64,000 nucleotides of DNA, from the NCBI GenBank assembly GCA_963717935.1, contig CAVQXP010000004.1, positions 768,001-832,000 of the forward strand. Reading direction: 5' to 3'. The stretch is from Candidatus Eiseniibacteriota bacterium (GTDB lineage Bacteria; Eisenbacteria; RBG-16-71-46). The notes beneath the pieces are model-generated. The model was not told the origin of the DNA and searched no databases. It worked only from the letters and a program-made list of their open reading frames with translations. Position 1 is the stretch's first letter. Each line of letters begins with the position of its first letter. Shown here piece after piece: positions 12,388 through 21,200 of the stretch. The position numbers and the translations under genes were made by a program.

Positions 12388-13877
12388 TGAGCACCGGCCA
12401 GACGACCACATCCGGATCGGGGACGGCGCCCTGCATCCTGCTGGTGGACGACGACCGTCGCATCCTCGAGTTGCTGGAGATCGCCTTCACCGCCCACGGC
12501 TTTCGGGTGCTCACCGCACCGGATGGCGACGCCGCCATGAAGTGCGCGCTGACCGAGCATCCCGACCTTGTCGTGCTCGATGTGCGCCTGCCCAAGAAGA
12601 GCGGGCTCGAGGTCTGCGAGTGGCTGCGCCGGGATCCCGACGACCCGGGCGTGCCGGTCGTCATGGTCTCCGCCGTCGTGGACATGGAGACCCGGCTGCA
12701 GGCGTTCACGCGCGGCGCCGACGACTACCTGACCAAGCCGTTCTCCCCGAAGGAGCTGATCGCGCGGGTCAAGCGCCTGCTGGCGCGCTCGGTCGAGGCG
12801 CGCGAGGCCTGCGCGCGCCGGCACGAGCTCGAGCGCGAGCTGGTGCACGCGCGCAAGGTGGCCGAGCGCTCCCACGCCGCGACCCAGCGCGAGCAGCGCC
12901 TGCGCGACTTCGAGCTCGGCCCGGGTCTCGACCTGCTGGGCGCGGGCGACGAGGACGAGCTGGCCCGCCGGTTGCTGCCCCTGCTTCGCTCCCGGCTGGG
13001 CTCGGCCATGGTGGGGCTGCTGCTGCCCGAGAGCGACGGTGGGGCGCTGATGCCCGCGGCGGTGCGCGGCGATGGACCGGAGCGTCTCGCGAGGCTGGCG
13101 CTGCCGCAGACGGGCGCGCTGGCCGTGTTGCTCGCGGGGCTCGAGCGGCCCGTCCTGCGGCGCGACCTGGAGCGCTTTCCCGATCTGGCCACGGAGGTGG
13201 CGCCGTTCGTGGCCGAGGGCGTGGCGCTGCTCGTGCCGCTGCGCGGCCCCGGCGGACTCGAAGGGCTGCTGGTGCTGGACGAGCGCCGCGACGGACTCCC
13301 GTTCCCGCCGTCCGAACTCGAGGCCCTGGCGAGCCTCGCGCGTTTCGCGGGCGTGGCGCTGCACGAGGTGCGGCGCGTGCGCTCGCTCGCGGAGCGGGCA
13401 CTCATGGAGCTCGCGCGGCGCGAGGCTTCGGATGATGACGGCCGCCGTGCGCGTAGCGAGGCGGGTTTCCTGGTGGAGCACGCGGCTCAGGCGGCGCTGG
13501 TGCCGCCGCGTCAGCGACGGCTGCTGGCGCACGCCATCCGGCTCGGACGGGATGCGGCGACGGGCGGCGGGGCGGAGGCGCTCGCGCGGCTGGCCGCGGA
13601 CGACCCGACCGGGCTCGCGCGCGACCTCGTGGCGCTCTTCGCGCGGGTGGACGCGGTGGCCGGAGATGGAGACGGTGATCCCGCGACCGGGGACGGGCGA
13701 GTGGCCGTGCTGCTCGCGGTGGCGCTGTCGCACGCCGAGGAACGCGAGCGCGGCGCGGACACGCGATCCGCGCTGTCGCGGGCGCTCGCGGCGGCGGGCG
13801 GGCGGCTCGACCCGGTCACGTGCCAGGCGCTCGAAGCCGCCACGCACGAGCTGGCGCTGGTGATCGAGGCGGCGTAG
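12387..13877 (+). CDS. Response regulator REC-GAF with degenerate HD-GYP-like C-terminus
   Basis: Intact REC (ILLVDDD, LDVRLP, VSA, YLTKPF); GAF (LLVPLRG...GLLVLDE...PF...ELEAL); C-terminal LLAVA and AGGRLDP without HD or GYP motifs; TGATG overlap. Confidence 0.75.
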   Translation: MSTGQTTTSGSGTAPCILLVDDDRRILELLEIAFTAHGFRVLTAPDGDAAMKCALTEHPDLVVLDVRLPKKSGLEVCEWLRRDPDDPGVPVVMVSAVVDMETRLQAFTRGADDYLTKPFSPKELIARVKRLLARSVEAREACARRHELERELVHARKVAERSHAATQREQRLRDFELGPGLDLLGAGDEDELARRLLPLLRSRLGSAMVGLLLPESDGGALMPAAVRGDGPERLARLALPQTGALAVLLAGLERPVLRRDLERFPDLATEVAPFVAEGVALLVPLRGPGGLEGLLVLDERRDGLPFPPSELEALASLARFAGVALHEVRRVRSLAERALMELARREASDDDGRRARSEAGFLVEHAAQAALVPPRQRRLLAHAIRLGRDAATGGGAEALARLAADDPTGLARDLVALFARVDAVAGDGDGDPATGDGRVAVLLAVALSHAEERERGADTRSALSRALAAAGGRLDPVTCQALEAATHELALVIEAA

Positions 13878-14105
13878 CGCGCGTCTGCCGCCCCCCAACG
13901 CCGCTGCCCGCCCGGCGCGAAAGCCGTCGGCACCCGCCGAGCACGGACGCAGGCCGCAGGGCCCCGGTCTTCGGGCGGGAAGCCGGGTCGATCACCTCGC
14001 CGCGGAGGTTGGCCGGGCCCCAGCCGCCGGTGAGCACGCGGCCTGGTCGTGAGGTCCTCGACCCCGGGCGAGCGGGAGGCGCCAGAGTCGAGTGTGCACG
14101 TCGCG

Positions 14106-15764
14106 TCACCTGGCAGGTGCGCTCCAGGGCGGGATGAGCGGCGTGCCCGAGATCGCGAGCCGTCCTGCCGCCGTGGACCCGACGCGCAGGAACGCGATGA
14201 GCGGGAAGGCCCGGCCGGACGCACCGAGCAGGGCGGCCACGCTCGGGTGCGCGGACTCCTCGCTCGTCACGCTCACCGGGAACCCGTAAGGCTGGTATCG
14301 GGCGTGGAACTCGGGGGAGAGCAGGAGCTCGAAGTCGGTCAGGAACCACGCTCGTGGGTCACCGCCCAGGAAGCCCTCGGCCGGCCCGAGGATGATCACG
14401 TCGGGCGCGCGCCGCAGCACGTAGGCCCCGTCCCCCTTCATATGACCCGGCACTGCCTGCGAGCCCGTCTGGATCCGGTCGATCCTGCGGCTGGCGATCT
14501 CGCGATCGTTCAGGCCGAGCAGGTCGAGGAAGCACAGGGAGGGTGCGAAGTAGGGCGTCGAGCCGGCGGTCGCGGTCGCGACCAGGGCGCCGGCCGGGAG
14601 GTGCGCCTCCAGGTAGCGCCCCACGGGCGCGCCGACGGCCAGGGCGGGATCGCGCACCGGCGTCGTCGCGAAAGTCGCGGCCACCTGCCACGCCACTCCC
14701 GCACAGACGAGCAGCGTCGCGGCCAGGGAGCGGAGGCCGGCCGGCCGGTCGTGAATCGCCACGGCGAAGGCCGTGAGCACGATCGCCGGGACGACCAGGC
14801 GCGCGGCGAGCATGTGATCGCCACCGCCGAGGAAGAGCGAGATCCAGACCGGGAGCGCCAGCGCGAAGACCCACAGCGAGCGGGCCGATGCCGTGATGGC
14901 GAGGGCGAGCGCGGCAGCGGCGAAGCCCGGGAGCCAGCTCGTCCACTGCTGGGACAGGTAGTAGACAGCGGATCGCAGTTGCCAGCCGAGAGGCAATCCG
15001 CCGATCTTCATGCGGGCCGAATTCGACAGGAAGTCGCCGAAGTAGGCCAGGCGGAACGCCTCGTACGCCACCAGCGGCACGAGGAAGAACGCGGCCGCCG
15101 CCAGCGCCGCCCGTGGACGCTTCGCCCGCGAGATCCAGAGAAGCGCGATGAGGCCGGTGGCGGCGCACTCCGGCCGCGTGAGCGCGGCGGCCGCGAGCGC
15201 CGCGCCGGCGAGCGCCGCCGTGCGCGTCGCCCGGGTGTCCGCCGTCTGGGCGCGCTCCCGCGCCAGGAGGGTCAGCCAGGCCGCGGCCGTCATCCAGAAG
15301 CAGATGCTCGCCATCTCGAGTCCGCCCCTCGCCCAGAGCACGAATCCCGGCTGGGTCGCCACGAGCAGGAGGGCCGTGGGCCGCGCTCTTGCCCGCCACC
15401 AGAGCACGAAGAGCACCGCCACGTAGGTCAGGCCGAGCGCCCGCGCGGCGGACACCGGGTCCGCACCGAGGCCGTGGAGTAGCGCGAGCTGGCCCAGCCA
15501 CAGCGGATGCGTGAAGCCCTCGACGTGCTCGCCGTCGCTCCAGGTCAGGCCGAGTCCGGAGCCCAGCCGGTGGACGTAGCGCAGGGTGATGAACGCGTCG
15601 TCGTGGCAGAAGGCCCGGACATGGTAGAGGCCGGCGGCAGCCAGGAACACGGCGGCCAGGAAGAGTGCCGGGCCCACCCACCGCGCCCGCAGGCGTGCCG
15701 GTCCGCGTCCCCTAGGGCTCACACCCCTGCGGCCGCGTCCGGGCGAGCGACTCGGCCTCTTCAC
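14106..15764 (-). CDS. Polytopic GT-C-like glycosyltransferase (AftB-like)
   Basis: DDAFITLRY...VEGFTHPLW, GLE, TRPE, YFGDFLSN, GGDHM, DLLGLND; many TM helices; start uncertain. Confidence 0.6.
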   Translation of the reverse strand: MKRPSRSPGRGRRGVSPRGRGPARLRARWVGPALFLAAVFLAAAGLYHVRAFCHDDAFITLRYVHRLGSGLGLTWSDGEHVEGFTHPLWLGQLALLHGLGADPVSAARALGLTYVAVLFVLWWRARARPTALLLVATQPGFVLWARGGLEMASICFWMTAAAWLTLLARERAQTADTRATRTAALAGAALAAAALTRPECAATGLIALLWISRAKRPRAALAAAAFFLVPLVAYEAFRLAYFGDFLSNSARMKIGGLPLGWQLRSAVYYLSQQWTSWLPGFAAAALALAITASARSLWVFALALPVWISLFLGGGDHMLAARLVVPAIVLTAFAVAIHDRPAGLRSLAATLLVCAGVAWQVAATFATTPVRDPALAVGAPVGRYLEAHLPAGALVATATAGSTPYFAPSLCFLDLLGLNDREIASRRIDRIQTGSQAVPGHMKGDGAYVLRRAPDVIILGPAEGFLGGDPRAWFLTDFELLLSPEFHARYQPYGFPVSVTSEESAHPSVAALLGASGRAFPLIAFLRVGSTAAGRLAISGTPLIPPWSAPAR

Positions 15765-15818
15765 CCCGGCGGCTCCGAGCGCCCCACCCGCGGGCAGCGG
15801 CTCAGCGCGCCCACGCGC

Positions 15819-16430
15819 TCACCTCGGCTGTGCCGGCGGGGTCGCGGGCACCTGCCTGATCCCGCTGAAGTCCAGCTTCGGGGTCTCCTTCGCCTCGTCC
15901 GGCACCGGGTAGTACGGCTCCTCCTTGAATCCCAGCGCGCCCGCGTAGAGGTTGGTCGGGAAGCGCTTCACCATGATGTTGAAGCCTCTCACCACCTCGT
16001 TGTATCGCATGCGCGCGACCGCGAGCCGGTTCTCGATGCCGCTGATCTCGTCCATCAGGCTCAGGAACGCCTCGTTGCTCCTGAGCTGCGGGTAGTTCTC
16101 CACCACGACCAGCAGCCGCGCGAGCGCCGAGGTCGTCGCCTGGTCGGCGGCGATCCCCTCCTGGGGGGTGCGGGCGCCGCCCAGCGCGGCCCGTGCCTTC
16201 GCGATGTCGCCGAAGACCTGCTGTTCCTGCAGCGCGGTCCCCTTCACGGCCTCGGCCAGGTTGCCGAGCTTCGAACTGCGGGCCTGGAGCTGATTGCTCA
16301 CCTCGGCCCAGCCATTCTTCACCCCCTCGCGCGCCGTCACGAGGTTGTTGTAGCTCCCGAACAGGCGGCCCGCGATCATGAGGATCACGAGCGCCACGAC
16401 CGCAAGGACGACCAGGCCACCGCGCTTCAT
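15819..16430 (-). CDS. lemA: LemA family protein
   Basis: SYNNLV, VENYPQLRSNEAFLSL, ENRLAVARMRYN, FPTNL. Confidence 0.93.
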   Translation of the reverse strand: MKRGGLVVLAVVALVILMIAGRLFGSYNNLVTAREGVKNGWAEVSNQLQARSSKLGNLAEAVKGTALQEQQVFGDIAKARAALGGARTPQEGIAADQATTSALARLLVVVENYPQLRSNEAFLSLMDEISGIENRLAVARMRYNEVVRGFNIMVKRFPTNLYAGALGFKEEPYYPVPDEAKETPKLDFSGIRQVPATPPAQPR

Positions 16431-16484
16431 GCAGACGCTCCTTTCGTCTCGGTCACGTCCGGCGTCGGGCCGGACGATCGCAGA

Positions 16485-17384
16485 CTACCATCCGCCGCTG
16501 CCACCGCCTCCGCCGCTCCCGAATCCCCCGCCGCCAGTGAAACCGCCGAAGCCGCCACCACCGCCTCCGCCTCCGCCCGAGCCGCCTCCGCCCCAGCCGC
16601 CGCTTCCACCCCAGCCACCGAACGAACCGGGGCCCACCCACCAGGCGCCGCCGCGCCGTCCGCGCCGTCCGCCGCCGAGCACCTGCGGGAGCAGCCCGAA
16701 CAGGATCATCGCCACGACGAAGACCACGAGCGCCAGCGGGAACTCCCCGCCGCCCCGGCGTTCGCGCGAGTAGCGCAGCTCGCGCCCGTCCCACTCGAGC
16801 GTCACGCCGCGATCCTTCGCGAGGATGCCCGAGACCCGGAGCGTGGCGGCGGTGATGCCGCCCGCGAAGTCGCCGGTCCGGAAGCGCGGCGTCATCTCGG
16901 TGCGGATGATGCGCGCCTCGAGCGCGTCGGGCAGGATCCCCTCGAGTTCGTAGCCGGTCTCGAAGGCGACCCTGCGCTCCTCGATCGCCACCAGCAACAG
17001 CAGGCTCGTGGGGTTGCCCTGGAACCAGCGCCGGTAGGCCTCGGTCTTGTACTGGATCGGATCGAGGGGGGCGGTGGTCCGGAGCGTGAGCACCGCGAAC
17101 TGCACGCCCGTCTTCCGCTTCACCTGGTCGAGGAAGGCCTCGAGCCGCGCGCGAGCGGGCTCGGGCATCACCCCCGCCCGGTCGTTGACGAAACCGGCGG
17201 GTGCGGGGTAGCCCGTGTCGGCGGGGGCCGCAGGCGGTGCTTCGGCGGCGGGTGCCGGCCGCGCGTGCGAGACCGGGGCGCTGTCGGGGCGTGCCGGGAC
17301 GCCCGCGGCCCCGACACCTGCCGGCGCCAGAAGGAGCGCCGCGGCCAGGAGCAGGACGCGGGCGCCGGAGCCGATGGTGCTCAG
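16485..17384 (-). CDS. TPM (DUF477) domain membrane protein with Gly-rich tail
   Basis: GFVNDRAGV, ETGYELEGILPD, GGGGFGSGGGGGSGGW; start approximate. Confidence 0.85.
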   Translation of the reverse strand: MSTIGSGARVLLLAAALLLAPAGVGAAGVPARPDSAPVSHARPAPAAEAPPAAPADTGYPAPAGFVNDRAGVMPEPARARLEAFLDQVKRKTGVQFAVLTLRTTAPLDPIQYKTEAYRRWFQGNPTSLLLLVAIEERRVAFETGYELEGILPDALEARIIRTEMTPRFRTGDFAGGITAATLRVSGILAKDRGVTLEWDGRELRYSRERRGGGEFPLALVVFVVAMILFGLLPQVLGGGRRGRRGGAWWVGPGSFGGWGGSGGWGGGGSGGGGGGGGGFGGFTGGGGFGSGGGGGSGGW

Positions 17385-18133
17385 AGGCTCATCTCGTCGA
17401 GCGCGCCGATCAGGCGCTCCACCTCCGTCAGGAACCGGTGGTAGAGCACGAGCACCTCGTCCGCCTTGTAACGCCGCGTCGAGTAGCGGAACAGGTGGGC
17501 CGAGAGCAGGCTCTGCGCGTCGAGCTGGTAGAGATCGGCCACGCGCTGGATGATGCGGGCGGGTTCGACGGGCAGCGGCTCGCCGCGCAGCCGCAGCAGC
17601 GTGCGGAAGAGCGTGGCGAAGCCGCTCGCGCTCGCCCGCAGCATGCGCGCCAGCACCGCCCCGTCGGAGCGGTGGAGCAGGTAGGTCTGGCGCAGCTGGA
17701 TGTGCTTGCCGCGCAGCTCGTGCTCGCACTGCAGGCGCAGGTAGGTACGGGGCACCTGCAACCCGGTCAGGACGTCGTCGCCCTCGAGTCGCAGGTGGCG
17801 CTCCTGGATCTCGAGCCACTCGATAGGGAAGGAGTCGAGCGAACCTTCGATCTGGCTGCGGCTGAGGAAGAGGGGCTCGATGAGCGGCGGTTTGCGCTGG
17901 GCCGGCAGGGACTTCGCCACCGCGTCCAGCCGCGGACCGTCGAGCGAGCGCACCACGATCAGCACGTTGACGTGCGAGTGTTTCGGGTCGAAGCCCTGCG
18001 TGAGCACGCTGCCCGTGAGGTAGCCCGCGACGAACTCCGGTCCGACCGCGGCCCGCACCGGGGCAAGCCACTTGCGCGCGAGTTCCACGATCTCGGCCGG
18101 GGGCTCGAAGAAGGAATCGCCTGGAGCGTGCAT
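17381..18133 (-). CDS. Pol-beta nucleotidyltransferase-like protein (LemA/TPM-associated)
   Basis: YLTGSV...SHVNVLIVV, DSFPIEWLEI, LRLQCEHELRGK. Confidence 0.65.
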   Translation of the reverse strand: MHAPGDSFFEPPAEIVELARKWLAPVRAAVGPEFVAGYLTGSVLTQGFDPKHSHVNVLIVVRSLDGPRLDAVAKSLPAQRKPPLIEPLFLSRSQIEGSLDSFPIEWLEIQERHLRLEGDDVLTGLQVPRTYLRLQCEHELRGKHIQLRQTYLLHRSDGAVLARMLRASASGFATLFRTLLRLRGEPLPVEPARIIQRVADLYQLDAQSLLSAHLFRYSTRRYKADEVLVLYHRFLTEVERLIGALDEMSL

Positions 18134-18140
18134 GACGGTG

Positions 18141-18169
18141 ACGCTAGCCCCCGCAGGGAGGGGGGTCAA
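18141..18169 (-). promoter_or_regulatory. sigma70 promoter, probably leaderless
   Basis: TTGACC-N17-TAGCGT-N7-ATG(18133). Confidence 0.6.
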
Positions 18170-18201
18170 GCGCCGCGCGGCGCACGGACGTCGTCCACCG
18201 G

Positions 18202-18274
18202 CGCGGGGTCCGGAGGTGGCGGTGGGCGAGCGCATGGTGCCTCTGCTCGCCCACCGCCACCTCCGGACCCCGCG
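18202..18274. repeat. Perfect 30-bp inverted repeat with 13-nt loop
   Basis: CGCGGGGTCCGGAGGTGGCGGTGGGCGAGC (18202-18231) and its exact reverse complement (18245-18274). Confidence 0.9.
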
Positions 18275-18329
18275 TTCACGTGCGGGTGCCGCTTGACCCC
18301 CGCTCTTGACAGCGCCTACGGTCAGCGCC

Positions 18330-19373
18330 ATGGAGGACGCGCGCAACTGCGTGCGCCGTTCCAGGTTCCGCGCACGGCCTTCGGGAGGCGGGTTGCACGA
18401 GGTCCTGATCATCGGCGGTGGCCCGGCCGGGCTCACCGCGGGCATGTACTGCCGGATGCGCAAGCTCTCCGTGCTGGTGGTGGACGCCGGCCGCGTGGGC
18501 GGACAACTCGTCTCGGTCTACGCGGACAAGCCGGTGCACGACTGGCCGGGGCACGCGGAGGTCGTCGCCGACGATCTGGCCGGCCAGCTGGTCGCGCATG
18601 CGCGCGAGCTGGATGTCCAGTTCGCGGAGAACGAGAAGGTCGTGGACGTCCGCCGCCTCGAGGACCGCTTCGAGGTGGTCATCCGCGACGCGCTGACCCA
18701 CGAGGAGCGCGTCCGTCCCGCGGCTTCGGTGATCGTCGCGATCGGCGGGGGTGCCTTCGAGCCGCGCCGCCTCCAGGTCCCGGGCGAGGAGGCGCTGTCG
18801 GAGGACTCCATCACCTACCGGATGCCCGAGCCCGCGAAGGTGGCCGGGCGCACGGTCGTGGTCGTGGGCGGAGGCGATTCCGGGCTCGAGAGCGCCCAGG
18901 CCGCTCACCGCGCCGGGGCGAGCGTGACGATCATCCACACGCATGCCGGCTTCAAGGGCATGGAAGTCAACCTCGACGCCGTCAACCAGATGCGCATCCC
19001 GCGCCTGCTCGACACGGAGGTGAAGGAATTGATGGTCGAGGACGGAGCGCTCCGGGCCCTGATCGTCGAGACCCGCGGCGAGCCCAAACCCCGGCGGCTC
19101 GACTGCGACTACCTGGTCGTGAACGTCGGCGCCGCCGTGAACCTCGAGGCCGTGCAGGGCTGGGGCGTGGAGGTCGAGGACACCCACATCAAGGTGGACG
19201 GCAGCATGCAGACCTCGGTGCCCGGGATCTTCGCCTGCGGCGACATCGTGACCTACGCGGGCAAGTACAGGCTGCTCATCACCGCATCGAGCGAGGGCGC
19301 CGTGGCCGCGAACTCGGCGTACGCCTTCGTGCGCAAGCCCCGGCGCGTGACGATGAAGGACCTCTACCGTTGA
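18330..19373 (+). CDS. TrxR-type FAD oxidoreductase without CxxC (ferredoxin-NADP+ reductase-like)
   Basis: IIGGGPAG, VVGGGDS, TSVPGIFACGD; alternative TTG start at 18393 with GGGAGG RBS. Confidence 0.8.
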   Translation: MEDARNCVRRSRFRARPSGGGLHEVLIIGGGPAGLTAGMYCRMRKLSVLVVDAGRVGGQLVSVYADKPVHDWPGHAEVVADDLAGQLVAHARELDVQFAENEKVVDVRRLEDRFEVVIRDALTHEERVRPAASVIVAIGGGAFEPRRLQVPGEEALSEDSITYRMPEPAKVAGRTVVVVGGGDSGLESAQAAHRAGASVTIIHTHAGFKGMEVNLDAVNQMRIPRLLDTEVKELMVEDGALRALIVETRGEPKPRRLDCDYLVVNVGAAVNLEAVQGWGVEVEDTHIKVDGSMQTSVPGIFACGDIVTYAGKYRLLITASSEGAVAANSAYAFVRKPRRVTMKDLYR

Positions 19374-19395
19374 GGCCGGACCGGGGGCGGGAGCC

Positions 19396-19893
19396 ATGAC
19401 CACGGCGGACGGCGCGGGACTCACGATCCGCCGGCTCGGTGGCTGCAGCGAAGCGGAGGCCTGCGCGCGGATGATGGCGGCGAGCGAGCCGTGGATCACG
19501 TTGCGGCGCGACGTTGACGCGGCACTCGCCATCCTCACCGACCCGGGACGCGAGTCCTACGTCGCGCTCCTCGAGGGCGAGCTCGTGGGCTTCATCATCC
19601 TGGTCATGCACGGCGCGTTCGTCGGGTACGTCCAGTCGATCTGCGTCGCGCCCGGGCGTCGGGGCCAGGGCCTCGGCCGCCGGCTCATGGCCTTCGCCGA
19701 GGAGCGCATCTTCCGCGAGACGCCCAACGTGTTCCTCAACGTCGCCTCGTTCAACCCGGAGGCGCAGCGGCTCTACGAGCGCCTCGGCTACGAGGTCGTC
19801 GGGGAGTTGCGGGACTACATCGTGCCGGGGCACTCCGAGATCCTGATGCGCAAGAGCACGGGGCCGCTTTGCGAAGGTCCGACGCGGCTCTAG
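19396..19893 (+). CDS. GNAT N-acetyltransferase
   Basis: VAPGRRGQGLGRRL, FNPEAQRLYERLGY. Confidence 0.9.
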   Translation: MTTADGAGLTIRRLGGCSEAEACARMMAASEPWITLRRDVDAALAILTDPGRESYVALLEGELVGFIILVMHGAFVGYVQSICVAPGRRGQGLGRRLMAFAEERIFRETPNVFLNVASFNPEAQRLYERLGYEVVGELRDYIVPGHSEILMRKSTGPLCEGPTRL

Positions 19894-19944
19894 CGCTCCA
19901 CGTACAGCTCGCGTCCTCACTCCGGCCTGCGCGATGCCCGCGCT

Positions 19945-19973
19945 TCGACAGGTTCTGGAATAGGTTCTAGACT
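19945..19973 (+). promoter_or_regulatory. sigma70-like promoter overlapped by an AGGTTCT direct repeat
   Basis: TCGACA-N17-TAGACT; AGGTTCT at 19950-19956 and 19962-19968. Confidence 0.5.
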
Positions 19974-20235
19974 GCTCCTGAGAAGCTGAGGGTGAGGAAA
20001 CGCGATCGGCGCAGGGGCGCCGGTGCCCCGCAGCGGGTGGCTCGCATGCGCAGGATGCGTCGCAGCGTGGAGCGGCCAAGCCGGGCATCCGCCGAAGGCG
20101 GACGCCCATGATCGAATACTCAGACACAGCCCGGTCTGGCCGCACGGTCGCGAGGGACTCGGCGGCGGACTGCAGGCAGGCGGGATGCCCATGGCCGTAG
20201 CGATTCCGTGCCAGACCCCGGGGATCCATCCGGGC

Positions 20236-20928
20236 ATGCTCGCCTGGCGGGCGGAGGTGCGGCTCGACCCCCTGCGGTTCCTCTTCGCCACGCTCGAAGA
20301 GCAGGCCTGGCACCTGCCCAGCGCCCGCGCGGGCGGCGGTCCTTTCGTCCCCGACGCGCAGCCGCTCGAGACGGATCACGACCGCGACCTGCTGCCCTCC
20401 GTGCTGCGCGAGTACCCGCACGGGACCCGATGGTTCGCCAGGCTGGTGACACGTCACTGGCCACGGACCTGGGCCATCTGCCAGGCGGTGCTCCTGAACG
20501 GCGACGACGCGGACGACGCGACGCAGGAAGCCTTCCTCAAGGCTCATCGCCATCTTCGCAGCTTCCGCTTCGAGTGCTCCTTCGGCACCTGGCTGGCGCG
20601 CATCGCCCGCACCTCTGCCCTGGACACCCTGGCCGCCCGCCGCCGTGAAGCCACAGCGCGGGCCACGGTCGCGCAGGATCCGGGCCTGCGCCTGCTCTGG
20701 AGTCCCTGGCGCTCGCCGGTCCCGGCGAGCGCCGATGCCCCGCTGCGCCGCGCGCTGACGCGTCTGGCGCCAGCCGACCGCCTGATTCTGGTGCTCCACG
20801 ACGTCGAGGGCATGGAGTACGAAGAGGTGGCGGACGCGATCGAGATCGCCCCGGCCGCGGCGCGCATGAGGGTGTCGCGGGCACGGGCGCGGTTGCGTCG
20901 GATCCTGGATCGCGAGGTGGCCCCGTGA
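20236..20928 (+). CDS. ECF sigma factor (SigX-like)
   Basis: Region 2 DADDATQEAFLK...SFGTWLARIA; region 4 LVLHDVEGMEYEEVA...RVSRAR; start uncertain. Confidence 0.85.
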   Translation: MLAWRAEVRLDPLRFLFATLEEQAWHLPSARAGGGPFVPDAQPLETDHDRDLLPSVLREYPHGTRWFARLVTRHWPRTWAICQAVLLNGDDADDATQEAFLKAHRHLRSFRFECSFGTWLARIARTSALDTLAARRREATARATVAQDPGLRLLWSPWRSPVPASADAPLRRALTRLAPADRLILVLHDVEGMEYEEVADAIEIAPAAARMRVSRARARLRRILDREVAP

Positions 20929-21200
20929 CCAGGAGGGAGGAGGGACCGGGAGGGGCCGGCAGGGGGCTCGAGCCACGTGAGGTGGAGACGCTGCGCGGAA
21001 TGCTGGGGAAGCCCGGTGCGCCGCGGATCAGGCAGGCTGTGGAGGAGATCGAGCGCCAGGTGGCGACAGACGACATGATCGTCCTCATGATGGCGGGTTT
21101 GTCGGGCGCGGCGCGCGTGTTCTTCGACGTTCTGGCACAGATCGGCGCAGAGCGGGACGCTCCATCGTCCCGCCGGCGCCGGGAAGGAGATGAACCATGA
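20925..21200 (+). CDS. Small protein, CfrX/CrfX-like candidate anti-sigma or partner
   Basis: Overlaps both neighbours (GTGA, ATGA); ERQVATDDMIVLM recalls CrfX from memory. Confidence 0.45.
   Translation: MTRREEGPGGAGRGLEPREVETLRGMLGKPGAPRIRQAVEEIERQVATDDMIVLMMAGLSGAARVFFDVLAQIGAERDAPSSRRRREGDEP

Noticed and set aside
19950..19968. Alphaproteobacterial LexA box (GTTC-N7-GTTC)
   Set aside because: Spacing is N8, and the downstream genes are not SOS genes
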